DNA of 64,000 nt from a virus, in the IMG/VR virus record IMGVR_UViG_3300017917_003143, positions 2,095 through 66,094 of that record; one strand, 5' to 3'. Every line of letters begins with the position of its first letter. The first letter of the stretch is position 1. The position numbers were made by a program, and so were the translations under genes. A model generated the notes under the pieces. The model was not told where the DNA came from. It ran no database searches and worked only from the letters and a program-made list of their open reading frames with translations. Positions 1 to 8,968 of the stretch are shown here, piece after piece.

Positions 1-1
1 A

Positions 2-30
2 GGCACCCGTAAAAAGGTGCCTGTTTTTTT
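2..30 (+). terminator. rho-independent terminator (GGCACC..GGTGCC hairpin followed by T7 run)
   Basis: Inverted repeat GGCACCcgtaaaaaGGTGCC followed by TGTTTTTTT, at the 5' edge of the window. Confidence 0.7.
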
Positions 31-56
31 GACTTCTTAAATAAGTGCTGTATAAT
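29..56 (+). promoter_or_regulatory. sigma70-like promoter (TTGACT-16-TATAAT) with extended TATAATAATAGAAT motif
   Basis: TTGACT at 29-34, 16 nt spacer, TATAAT at 51-56. The same 14-mer TATAATAATAGAAT recurs in the promoter at 29790. Confidence 0.65.
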
Positions 57-62
57 AATAGA

Positions 63-1532
63 ATGAGAACCGCACGACTAATAATCACTGACGAAGTCAA
101 TGTCAAAATCGAAGGACTTGAATTAGACGCTCGACGAGCTCTGGTCAACAAATTCAAATACGACGTTCCTTATGCTCGCTATCTACCAGCAGTACGCTTG
201 GGACGCTGGGATGGCAAAGTCTCGTTTTTCCAACTGGGCGGTAGCACTTATGTGAACCTCCTACCTGAGATCATACCCATACTGGAAGAATATGACTATG
301 ATATCGAGCTGGATGATCGCAGAGAGTATTCTACTACATTTGAGTTTGAACAGATACGAGAAGACAGTTTCAAAGATATCCTGTGGCCCAAAGGACACCC
401 GCAGGCCGGCGAACCCATAATGATGCGAGACTATCAAGTAGAGATCGTCAACAACTTCCTAAGCAACCCGCAGTGCCTGCAAGAAGTAGCCACCGGTGCG
501 GGCAAGACTATCATGACAGCCGCGCTGAGCCATGCCGTGACACCTTATGGTCGTTCTATAGTGATCGTGCCCAACAAGAGCTTGGTAACACAGACAGAAC
601 GAGATTATATCAACATGGAGTTGGATGTGGGTGTGTTCTTTGGTGACCGTAAAGAGTTTGGTCGCCAACACACTATCTGCACTTGGCAGAGCCTTAATGT
701 CCTCCTCAAGAACACAAAGAATCAATCAGCAGACATCACCATTGGCGAGTTCCTTGAAGGTGTGGTATGTGTCATAGTTGACGAAGTACACATGGCCAAG
801 GCTGATGCGCTGAAGACCTTGCTCACAGGCGTCATGGCAGAAGTGCCAATTCGCTGGGGACTTACAGGAACCATCCCCAAAGAGGACTTTGAGTTCCAGG
901 CCATACATGTCAGCATCGGGCCAGTGATCAATCGTTTGGCAGCCGCAGAACTACAAGACAAAGGTGTGTTGGCACAGTGCCATGTCAACATTGTGCAGTT
1001 GGTAGACCATGTTGAGTACAACAACTACCAGAGTGAGCTAAAATATCTCTTAGAAGAGTCGGGCAGGCTTGATACCATGGCCAGCCTAATAAAGCAAGTC
1101 AACGAAACAGGCAACACCTTGGTCTTGGTAGATCGCATCACTGCTGGACAAGAGTTGGTCAAACGCCTGGGCGAACGTGCTGTGTTTGTGTCAGGTGCTA
1201 CCAAAGCAAAGGATAGACAAGATGAATATGACGAAGTGGCTGAAGCTACCGATAAAATTATTGTTGCTACCTATGGCGTGGCTGCTGTTGGTATCAATAT
1301 TCCTAGGATTTTCAATCTGGTGCTTGTGGAACCCGGAAAGAGCTTTGTCCGAGTTATACAATCGATTGGGCGAGGTATTAGGAAAGCTGAAGACAAAGAC
1401 TTCGTCCAGATCTGGGACATAACATCCACCTGTAAGTTTGCCAAACGGCATCTAACCAAACGCAAGGCCTATTACAAAGAAGCCCGATATCCTTTCACAC
1501 AAGAAAAACTGGAGTGGATGAAACTTGGGTAA
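63..1532 (+). CDS. SF2 DEAD/DEAH-box helicase (UvsW-like)
   Basis: Walker A ATGAGKT, DEVH box (VIVDEVHMAK), motif III LTGT, motif VI QSIGRGIR. ATG at 63 is the likely start within ORF 45..1532. Confidence 0.8.
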   Translation: MRTARLIITDEVNVKIEGLELDARRALVNKFKYDVPYARYLPAVRLGRWDGKVSFFQLGGSTYVNLLPEIIPILEEYDYDIELDDRREYSTTFEFEQIREDSFKDILWPKGHPQAGEPIMMRDYQVEIVNNFLSNPQCLQEVATGAGKTIMTAALSHAVTPYGRSIVIVPNKSLVTQTERDYINMELDVGVFFGDRKEFGRQHTICTWQSLNVLLKNTKNQSADITIGEFLEGVVCVIVDEVHMAKADALKTLLTGVMAEVPIRWGLTGTIPKEDFEFQAIHVSIGPVINRLAAAELQDKGVLAQCHVNIVQLVDHVEYNNYQSELKYLLEESGRLDTMASLIKQVNETGNTLVLVDRITAGQELVKRLGERAVFVSGATKAKDRQDEYDEVAEATDKIIVATYGVAAVGINIPRIFNLVLVEPGKSFVRVIQSIGRGIRKAEDKDFVQIWDITSTCKFAKRHLTKRKAYYKEARYPFTQEKLEWMKLG

Positions 1533-2130
1533 GCTATATCAGCAAGTAGGACAGCATCTATTGGGATCTTTCTCCGGTGATGCGATAGTGGAAATAGGCA
1601 GTGACCGATGGGAAGGTAGCAGTGCCTACTTTGCCGATCTTGCCAACACACATGATATGAAATTTATATCTGTGGATCTCGACGAAGGTGCCAGGCAACG
1701 ATTGCGCAAAACTATCGCACCAGAACACAGTGGGCTCACAGAGTTTGTACAAGCCGAAGGTACCCAATGGACAGCACAGTATCAGGGACCTAAAATACGA
1801 GTTCTTTATTTGGATAACTTTGACTGGGACTGGCGCACAGACAGACAGCAACAAATGATCCAGGATCAAGTACAATGGTATCAGCAACGAGGATTGACCA
1901 TGAATAACATCAATTCTCAGACAGCTCATATCACGCAAATGGTCAACTTATTGCCGCACATGTCCGATCGTTGCGTGGTCTGTGTGGATGACACCTACGA
2001 ATACAACGGAGTGTTCATCGGCAAAGGTGGTGCAGTAGTGCCCTACTTGTTAGGGCAAGGATTTAACATATTGGCAGCTCGAGATTATGGTGTGATACTA
2101 GGTCGCGGCTACCGAAATTATATTGTATAA
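1525..2130 (+). CDS. hypothetical protein, possibly class I SAM-dependent methyltransferase (TylF-like)
   Basis: TTG start overlapping the upstream stop. VEIGSDRWEGS glycine-rich motif and an acidic VCVDDTY segment resemble the MTase fold. Weak call. Confidence 0.35.
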   Translation: MGKLYQQVGQHLLGSFSGDAIVEIGSDRWEGSSAYFADLANTHDMKFISVDLDEGARQRLRKTIAPEHSGLTEFVQAEGTQWTAQYQGPKIRVLYLDNFDWDWRTDRQQQMIQDQVQWYQQRGLTMNNINSQTAHITQMVNLLPHMSDRCVVCVDDTYEYNGVFIGKGGAVVPYLLGQGFNILAARDYGVILGRGYRNYIV

Positions 2131-2639
2131 TGAATAACATGAAAATACTAACATTAGATAACACAGCTTATGATCTAGACACGCTACCCGAAGAAGTAGA
2201 TGACATGCGGTTTGCGATCTTGGATAACAGTGATCCCAGCGATCCGGACTATCATTACATTCCGTTGATCTTCCTGGAAAGTTTCAACAGTCCGGCCTTG
2301 GTATTACGAGTGGGCGAACACAAGATCAAGATGCCCATAGATTGGCAGATACTGATTGGGGAACCCGATTTAGGCGATCTTGAAATGCTACCCTTGACAT
2401 CAATCAATGATCGAGGATTCAAAGCATTCCAGTTCAATCCACTGACATCATTCCGTCCAAGTTTTCTTGACATTGAAATAGTAGATGTGTATCATGATGT
2501 GGCTTGGTATGCGCCCAAACTAAAGAATGGACAGATACTGTGTATTCCGCTGACCAATGATCCAGAACCTGAATGTGTGTATTTCGTCAAAGACATTTCA
2601 AGGAACTGTGAAGTCATAGATTACAACAAAGCATGGTAA
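2130..2639 (+). CDS. hypothetical protein
   Basis: 169 aa ORF. ATG immediately follows the stop of the upstream gene; fits the co-directional packing. Confidence 0.5.
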   Translation: MNNMKILTLDNTAYDLDTLPEEVDDMRFAILDNSDPSDPDYHYIPLIFLESFNSPALVLRVGEHKIKMPIDWQILIGEPDLGDLEMLPLTSINDRGFKAFQFNPLTSFRPSFLDIEIVDVYHDVAWYAPKLKNGQILCIPLTNDPEPECVYFVKDISRNCEVIDYNKAW

Positions 2640-3085
2640 TGGAAAAGCTATCAATACAAAATGAAATGGCACAGTTCGATCGTAAGAATCGAGAGTTCTA
2701 CGATAGCCTCACAGATGAAGAACGCAAGAAGTTTTCAAACTATCTCATGATACGTTGGGGTAGCGCAGTGCATGGTAGCCCTGAGTTACAGGAGTTTTAT
2801 CTTATCGCCACCAACGAACGATTAAACAAACATTTCTTTGCTATCAATCGACATCCCAAGTTACAATGGCTTTGTGCCACCGCAGTGAGTCCTGGCATGG
2901 GCACTCATAGACATCAATGGATCGCTCCCAAGAAAAAAGAAACAGGATCCAATGAAATTAAAAAAGCCTTGTTGGATTTTTATCCCAACATGAAAACGTC
3001 AGACATAGAATACTTGGCACAATTTGTCACCAAGAAAGACCTCAAGGAGTTGTCTCGTGAACACGGTCTCCCAGACAAAGACTGA
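2633..3085 (+). CDS. hypothetical protein
   Basis: 150 aa ORF overlapping the upstream stop by 7 nt. No recognisable motifs. Confidence 0.5.
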   Translation: MVMEKLSIQNEMAQFDRKNREFYDSLTDEERKKFSNYLMIRWGSAVHGSPELQEFYLIATNERLNKHFFAINRHPKLQWLCATAVSPGMGTHRHQWIAPKKKETGSNEIKKALLDFYPNMKTSDIEYLAQFVTKKDLKELSREHGLPDKD

Positions 3086-3755
3086 ATTTGTTTGCAGATA
3101 TTGTGAAAAAAGTTTCCAGCGAGAGAATAGTCTCGCTGTGCATCTGTGTGAGGAAAAACGGAGATATCAAGAACAAAGCGAGCGTGGTGTACAGTTGGGC
3201 CTGCAGGCCTACTTGAGATTCTATGAAATGACACAGGGCAGTGCCCGTCTCAAAACATTTGATGATTTTGCAAAGAGTCCTTATTACAAAGCATTCGTCA
3301 AGTTTGGTCGCTATTGTGTGGCCATCAATGCAGTGAACACAGCAAGATTTATTGAGTGGGTAGTAGAGAAGAATAAGAAAATTGATCATTGGTGCCGCGA
3401 CTCAATCTATACAGAATATCTCACAGAATACCTACGCCGAGAGAATGTCAATGATGCATTGGCCAGGGCCCTGGAGTATAGTCTTGACTGGTCAGAAAAA
3501 ACACAACACCCATCACAGGATATCTTGCGCTACGGCAATGACAACGCTGTGACCTATGCTATATCCACAGGGCGTATCAGTGCATGGGTTTTGTATAACT
3601 GTGAAAGCGGACAGAAATTTTTAGATGATATGGATCCAGACCAGACCAAGATCGTGTGGCCTTGGATTGAACCGGAGTTCTGGCAGAAGAAGTTCCAGGA
3701 TTACCCAGCAGATCAAGAATATGCTCGGGAAATGTTAAGCAAGGCAGGCTGGTAA
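3024..3755 (+). CDS. hypothetical protein with C2H2-like zinc-binding motif
   Basis: CRYCEKSFQRENSLAVHLC (C-x2-C-x12-H-x-C) near the N-terminus. Annotated TTG start; true start is uncertain. Confidence 0.45.
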   Translation: MSPRKTSRSCLVNTVSQTKTEFVCRYCEKSFQRENSLAVHLCEEKRRYQEQSERGVQLGLQAYLRFYEMTQGSARLKTFDDFAKSPYYKAFVKFGRYCVAINAVNTARFIEWVVEKNKKIDHWCRDSIYTEYLTEYLRRENVNDALARALEYSLDWSEKTQHPSQDILRYGNDNAVTYAISTGRISAWVLYNCESGQKFLDDMDPDQTKIVWPWIEPEFWQKKFQDYPADQEYAREMLSKAGW

Positions 3756-4324
3756 TGAGCGCAGATATTGATATCGACTTGGCTGACAGAGATCAACTGA
3801 TCCGGTTGATACAATGTGTGCCAGCCAGACAAGAAAACGAGGGACAAGTCCGGCGCCACAATTCTGGTGTATACGTCACAGACATTCCACAGGATCCAAT
3901 CAACGGATGTGCTGCCATAGACTATCGCGAAGCAGAATCTCGAGGATATTTCAAGATAGATTTATTGCATATGAGTGTGTATGATCAGATCAAAAGCCCT
4001 GAACACTACCAACGGATGTTAGATGCAGACCCACCTTGGTCAAGACTTTGGACTGATCAAGCCTGGGCCTCGCAGTTGGTACACGTGGGCAATTATGTGG
4101 ATTTGTTGTGTTCAATGAAGCCCGATTCAATACCCAGGATGGCCGCGTTTATTTCCATCATACGCCCGGGCAAAGCGCATCTTCAAAATCAGCCCTGGGC
4201 AGATGTATTTGAATCAGTGTGGGACGGTGACGACAGTCGGGGCTATACTTTCAAGAAAAGTCATGCTGTGAGCTATGCGGCCTTGGTGGCCTTGCACATG
4301 AACTTACTCAATTCTTCGGACTAA
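3755..4324 (+). CDS. DnaE (Pol III alpha, C-family polymerase) fingers-domain-like fragment
   Basis: GYFKIDLLHMSVY resembles the DnaE K-x-DFLGL motif. RGYTFKKSHAVSYAALVALHMNL resembles DnaE [24 protein letters not shown]. Only 189 aa, so fragment-sized. Confidence 0.4.
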   Translation: MSADIDIDLADRDQLIRLIQCVPARQENEGQVRRHNSGVYVTDIPQDPINGCAAIDYREAESRGYFKIDLLHMSVYDQIKSPEHYQRMLDADPPWSRLWTDQAWASQLVHVGNYVDLLCSMKPDSIPRMAAFISIIRPGKAHLQNQPWADVFESVWDGDDSRGYTFKKSHAVSYAALVALHMNLLNSSD

Positions 4325-4681
4325 TGTAATACTCTTGCGCTTGCTCTTCTTGCGAGCTATGTCGGCAAGACTGGTAGCTGGTCCGTGTAAAATTTCAAGA
4401 TCTTTGTTGATAAAAGTGCGTAGATAAGGGCGGAATATCTCCCAGTCCTGTTTCAAGAAAATGTTTATGGGTATGCTACGATTGCTTTCCCACCACCAAA
4501 CATTGGCCAGTTCAAGGAACAGCTTTTTAAGCTCAGGGTGCGGAATATTACCAAAATCATAGATCGTCGTGACTGCGTCATCGCGATTTTGCACCACGCC
4601 AATGTATTCATTGCCTGCGTAGGTGCAAAAAGTTATAAAAGGGTATCGTTCTGCTATTTTGGTGAAGATCTCTGTGCCCAT
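4304..4681 (-). CDS. hypothetical protein
   Basis: 125 aa ORF exactly filling the gap between flanking + strand genes. Lone minus-strand gene. Confidence 0.45.
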   Translation of the reverse strand: MGTEIFTKIAERYPFITFCTYAGNEYIGVVQNRDDAVTTIYDFGNIPHPELKKLFLELANVWWWESNRSIPINIFLKQDWEIFRPYLRTFINKDLEILHGPATSLADIARKKSKRKSITLVRRIE

Positions 4682-4704
4682 AAATATCTTAAGGAATTAT
4701 TATA

Positions 4705-5700
4705 ATGTATTCTACCACTGCCTATTTATATCAGCAAAAACAACAGGTATTATTGATTGATACCAGTGGTGCTTACTTTGACCGGAGGTGGCAACCTGTG
4801 TACACAAAAAACTTAAAGATACATCGTGGCGTAGACAACGTCATACTGTTTGAATTCGTAAACCAAGACGAAAAGCCCGTGAACATCACGGGTAGCACTA
4901 TCACATTTAGACTGATCAGTACCAACGGAGATATCCTGTTGTTAAGCAAAGACTTGGAAATCCTGAATGCCACCTATGGACGAGCCAAAGTAACACTGCT
5001 TGAATCAGAATTAAACAGCATAGATTCGCAGCCTGTGGGCTGGAGTTTGGAACGCAACACCGTGACCAGCGCACTCTATGAGCCTGTGTTTACAGACGCC
5101 TATTCCGGCGGACGAGGTCGAGCAGACATCGTTGATAGTGTGTACCCAGGTTTCGTGCCCAGCGAAATCATGACCATACCTTCACAAAATCCACAGATCA
5201 ATGTGCAGAATCCCAACAGAGTACACACCAGTGCTGTGTATGTAGAAGGCAGAGAGTTGGTCACTTTCCAGATGGATTTTCTCACCTTTACAGGCAACCT
5301 CAAAGCACAGGCCAGTAAAACACAGTTGGGCCCATGGTATGATGTGGGTAGCCAGATCGAGTATTCAGCCCAGAATACCAGATCCTATATCAACGTAGAA
5401 GGCTATCATGATTACTTGCGTTTTGAAATAAACCAATATGGACAGACGGCCAATGCACAAGCAGTAGTGGCCGGTGGTGAAATCATATCCTTGAATCTCA
5501 CAGGAACTGGAAATCAATGGTATGGTACCACTACTCCTGCTGTGACCATACAGGGTCTTGGCACAGGCGCCACAGCAGTGGCCACAGCCAATTCCAACGT
5601 GGTCACCAGTGTCACGCTGGTCAATGCTGGAGAAGGTTATCTAACCAATCCACAAGTGGCCATCACCAATGGTAGTATCACCAGCATCACGTTTAGATAA
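4705..5700 (+). CDS. hypothetical protein (possibly virion structural)
   Basis: 331 aa. RBS AAGGAAT upstream. CATAAATA motif at 4679-4686 upstream. Thr/Asn/Gly-rich C-terminus. Confidence 0.5.
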   Translation: MYSTTAYLYQQKQQVLLIDTSGAYFDRRWQPVYTKNLKIHRGVDNVILFEFVNQDEKPVNITGSTITFRLISTNGDILLLSKDLEILNATYGRAKVTLLESELNSIDSQPVGWSLERNTVTSALYEPVFTDAYSGGRGRADIVDSVYPGFVPSEIMTIPSQNPQINVQNPNRVHTSAVYVEGRELVTFQMDFLTFTGNLKAQASKTQLGPWYDVGSQIEYSAQNTRSYINVEGYHDYLRFEINQYGQTANAQAVVAGGEIISLNLTGTGNQWYGTTTPAVTIQGLGTGATAVATANSNVVTSVTLVNAGEGYLTNPQVAITNGSITSITFR

Positions 5701-5765
5701 CAACGAATAATCTTTTTTGTCTTAAACCAGGATAAATTATAGGTACAAAGACAAGAAAGATTTAG

Positions 5766-6497
5766 ATGAAAAAATTCAAAAGAGTAGTGGCCCTGGGCTG
5801 TAGCTGTGCGTTCGGTGCAGAGCTCGAAGATCCTGATTTCTCTTCAGATGATCCGGGCATACAGTATCTCCATAACAAAGAATATCGCCTCAATCGTGTG
5901 TATGGAAAATTAGTGGCTGATTATTTTGGGGCAGAATTCGACATGTTCGCTTGCCCGGCAGCCAGTATAGGTCACATGAGATGGCAAGCACAAAACTGGT
6001 TGGAACAAACCCCTGACGTGTCAGACAGTTTGATACTGTCTGGATTCACCGGACCCAGCAGAGAAAGTTGGTTCTTCGCAGACTATGCGACCAGCTTCCA
6101 GCGGGCCGATGCCAACTTTAACAAACATGTACACAATCTTTCAATCAATCATCATTATGTTGACGAAAGACTGGACCCACAGTGGGTGGAACTCTATAAA
6201 AAGTGGCTGATGCTCAGCCACTGTGAGGAATGGGAAAGATATAACTTCCAACAAACTGTGTTGTTCCTTGACGGTATCGCCAAGCTCCGCGACATTGATG
6301 CGTTGCATTTTTATATGTTGCCTAACCAACACACCAGCGACAGCAAAAACTTTTGGAATTCCACTGACATGCTGACTAAACTGAAAAAACTGGATCAAGA
6401 AAAATTATTGTACATGCCCGGCGAACACCCGACAGAAGCAGGGCATCGGCTGATAGCCCAATGGATAATTGAAGAACTCGAACGCAGATATGATTAA
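5766..6497 (+). CDS. SGNH/GDSL-like hydrolase family protein, paralog 1
   Basis: N-terminus VVALGCSCAFGAEL is like the GDSL block I. Paralogous to 6490..7227 and 8203..8919. Confidence 0.55.
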   Translation: MKKFKRVVALGCSCAFGAELEDPDFSSDDPGIQYLHNKEYRLNRVYGKLVADYFGAEFDMFACPAASIGHMRWQAQNWLEQTPDVSDSLILSGFTGPSRESWFFADYATSFQRADANFNKHVHNLSINHHYVDERLDPQWVELYKKWLMLSHCEEWERYNFQQTVLFLDGIAKLRDIDALHFYMLPNQHTSDSKNFWNSTDMLTKLKKLDQEKLLYMPGEHPTEAGHRLIAQWIIEELERRYD

Positions 6498-7227
6498 AAA
6501 GATTGTTGCATTTGGATGTAGTTGGACCTATGGTGATGAACTGATAGCACCCGAGTTCCGTGATCTGTCTGAAGATGAATTCCGGGATCATTATGATCAG
6601 AACAAGCCCTATAGACTGGCCAACTGTTATGCGGGCTTGGTAGCCAAGCACTATGGACTTGAGTTAGAAAACATGGCGTTTCCAGGCTCCAGTCTTGAAA
6701 GCATGCGATGGAATCTCATGTGGTACTTGAGGAATGCACAAGACAGAGACAACGTTTTGTTTTTAGTAGGCCACACAGATGCCACCAGACAGAGCTGGTT
6801 CAATCCCTTGCATGAAATATCAATGAAAGATCCTCAGTGGAATCGACACATGCATGGAACCTGGCTCACACAGCCCAACCCAGACATCGACGACAATTGG
6901 TTTAAATTACAACGATTATGGCTGGGCATGAGTTTCCACATAGACTGGGCTGAGTATAACTTCCAACAGACCATAAATCTTTTTGATCAAGCACAGAGCC
7001 GTTATGGAATACCCGTGGTACAGTTTTCAGTGTTAGAAAACAGATATGGAGTCAACGTTCCTAGCTTGATCTATTCCGGAACCAATTTCCGAGATATATT
7101 GGTACAAAAGAAAAAAGATCTAGGAGTCAATCCTTTTGCATCCGGTGGTCATCCCAACGAAAAAGGCCATCAGATCATCGCAGATCACTTGATCGAACAC
7201 ATAAAGTATGCTAAAATGTTAGCGTGA
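6490..7227 (+). CDS. SGNH/GDSL-like hydrolase family protein, paralog 2
   Basis: MIKKIVAFGCSWTYGDEL N-terminus and a GGHPNEKGH C-terminal block mirroring paralog 1 (GEHPTEAGH). ATGA start/stop overlap. Confidence 0.55.
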   Translation: MIKKIVAFGCSWTYGDELIAPEFRDLSEDEFRDHYDQNKPYRLANCYAGLVAKHYGLELENMAFPGSSLESMRWNLMWYLRNAQDRDNVLFLVGHTDATRQSWFNPLHEISMKDPQWNRHMHGTWLTQPNPDIDDNWFKLQRLWLGMSFHIDWAEYNFQQTINLFDQAQSRYGIPVVQFSVLENRYGVNVPSLIYSGTNFRDILVQKKKDLGVNPFASGGHPNEKGHQIIADHLIEHIKYAKMLA

Positions 7228-8210
7228 TAGACATACTTTCTTACTTGCCAGGCAAACGAAAACAGACCAGTTCAGGCTGGATCAGTTTCAATGCGCCTTG
7301 TTGTGTACACAATGGTGAGTCAGCAGATCGACGTCAGCGTGGTGGTATCAAAGCAACAGATCAAGGCTGGAGCTATCATTGTTTTAATTGTGGCTTTACT
7401 GCGAGCTTTGTGTTGGGGCGCACACTGAGCTTCAAAGCACGTCGTTTCATGCAGTGGATCAATGTTCCACAAGAAGAAATAGAATACATCAATCTTGAAA
7501 GCCTCAAGCACAAGAACATTCAAGGTATCATTGACGATCGTCAGCGTACTGTTAATGTACTGCAAGGCATTGACTTTGAAGAAAAAGAATTACCGCCAGC
7601 GGCTGAGCTCGTGACTCCTGAACACAACTATGAATGGCAATACATTCGTGACCGCGGCGTACCCAACGACTTTCCGATGATGACTGTAAAGCTCAACGAC
7701 AACATACACTGGACAAGGCCGCAGGTCATTGTGCCCTTTACCTACAACAACACCATAGTAGGGTACACTTGTCGTATGTTAGATGACCGTACTCCCAAGT
7801 ACATACATGACACACAGCATGGGTATGTGTTTGGAATAGATTTACAACAACCCAACTGGCAACATGTCCTGGTCATGGAAGGTGTGTTTGATGCTCTCAG
7901 TATTGGTGGATTGGCTGTGCTACATGCCGAGATCAATGATGCGCAGGTGCGATTGATACGTTCGTTAGATAAAGAAATAACAGTGGTACCCGATCAAGAC
8001 GAAGCAGGAATCAAGTTGGTAGATCGTGCCCTGGAACTGGGCTGGGCAGTGAGCATACCGCGTTGGGAACAAGGTATCAAAGATGTCAACGATGCTGTCC
8101 GGCGCTATGGGAGAACAGCCACGTTGTTGAGTATATTTGAAGCAAGGAATACCAGCCGTATCAAAATAGAAATGGCCAAGAAAAATCTATCAAGGAAGAT
8201 CAATGGCTAA
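7224..8210 (+). CDS. DNA primase (zinc-binding domain + TOPRIM)
   Basis: Cys/His zinc ribbon (CCVHNG...HCFNCG). TOPRIM motifs EGVFDALS and DQDEAG. Confidence 0.8.
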   Translation: MIDILSYLPGKRKQTSSGWISFNAPCCVHNGESADRRQRGGIKATDQGWSYHCFNCGFTASFVLGRTLSFKARRFMQWINVPQEEIEYINLESLKHKNIQGIIDDRQRTVNVLQGIDFEEKELPPAAELVTPEHNYEWQYIRDRGVPNDFPMMTVKLNDNIHWTRPQVIVPFTYNNTIVGYTCRMLDDRTPKYIHDTQHGYVFGIDLQQPNWQHVLVMEGVFDALSIGGLAVLHAEINDAQVRLIRSLDKEITVVPDQDEAGIKLVDRALELGWAVSIPRWEQGIKDVNDAVRRYGRTATLLSIFEARNTSRIKIEMAKKNLSRKING

Positions 8211-8919
8211 GTTATACGTCTTTGGAGACAGCTACAGCACACCTGGATTCTGTGTGGGCCCGCAGGACTCTTGGTGGGGATTGTTGGCCAGAGCCATTGG
8301 CCACAAGATTGAAGGTGTGGATAACTATTCCTGGCCTGGCAACAACATCGACAGCATTGGACACGTAATCGTGGCCAATCAGGATCTATTCCAGCCAGAT
8401 GATTATCTTGTCATTGGAATTCCTCCTATAGAGCGTATGACAGTGTTTGATCCCGCCGCCAGGGCCAAACAGGTAGTAAAGTTTGATCCACTGCTGAAAG
8501 AAGTAGAGCGTGTGATGGTACCTAGACATGAAAGTCTTGGACAGCTCACAGCCCATCAACTGGATCGTGCCATAGTAGATCTTTGGAATCGCAGTTGGCA
8601 AGAAGCACAAGTGTTGCGCGGCATACTGACCTTGGCGGCTTATATCGAAAAGATAACCACACGTTATATGTTTTTAAATCTGGCAGAACCTTTACAGCCG
8701 CCCACCCAGTGGTCAGTGCTGGAGAGTTTGCAACAACAAGCAAAAGCACACCCACAAATGATCATTTTTGAAGATACATATTATTCGGTCAATTTCAATG
8801 TCAACAAACCTGCTGATTTTGAAACACACGGATGGTTCGGACATCAGGGTCCGATAGGTAACAAGCATTGGTTTGACACAGTGCTATCATCTAAATTAAA
8901 ACAGTTACAATGGATTTAA
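8203..8919 (+). CDS. SGNH/GDSL-like hydrolase family protein, paralog 3
   Basis: Canonical GDSL motif at the N-terminus (YVFGDSYSTPG). C-terminal GHQGPIGNKHW block. Confidence 0.6.
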   Translation: MAKLYVFGDSYSTPGFCVGPQDSWWGLLARAIGHKIEGVDNYSWPGNNIDSIGHVIVANQDLFQPDDYLVIGIPPIERMTVFDPAARAKQVVKFDPLLKEVERVMVPRHESLGQLTAHQLDRAIVDLWNRSWQEAQVLRGILTLAAYIEKITTRYMFLNLAEPLQPPTQWSVLESLQQQAKAHPQMIIFEDTYYSVNFNVNKPADFETHGWFGHQGPIGNKHWFDTVLSSKLKQLQWI

Positions 8920-8968
8920 AAATTACGGCCACCGACCTTGGGCTCATAGATACAACGAGAGAAGATAC

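Noticed and set aside
383-1024. Short overlapping ORFs inside the helicase gene (383..646, 459..725, 722..1024, 726..908)
   Set aside because: Embedded in a gene with canonical SF2 helicase motifs. They have no RBS and biased Arg/Ser/Cys composition.
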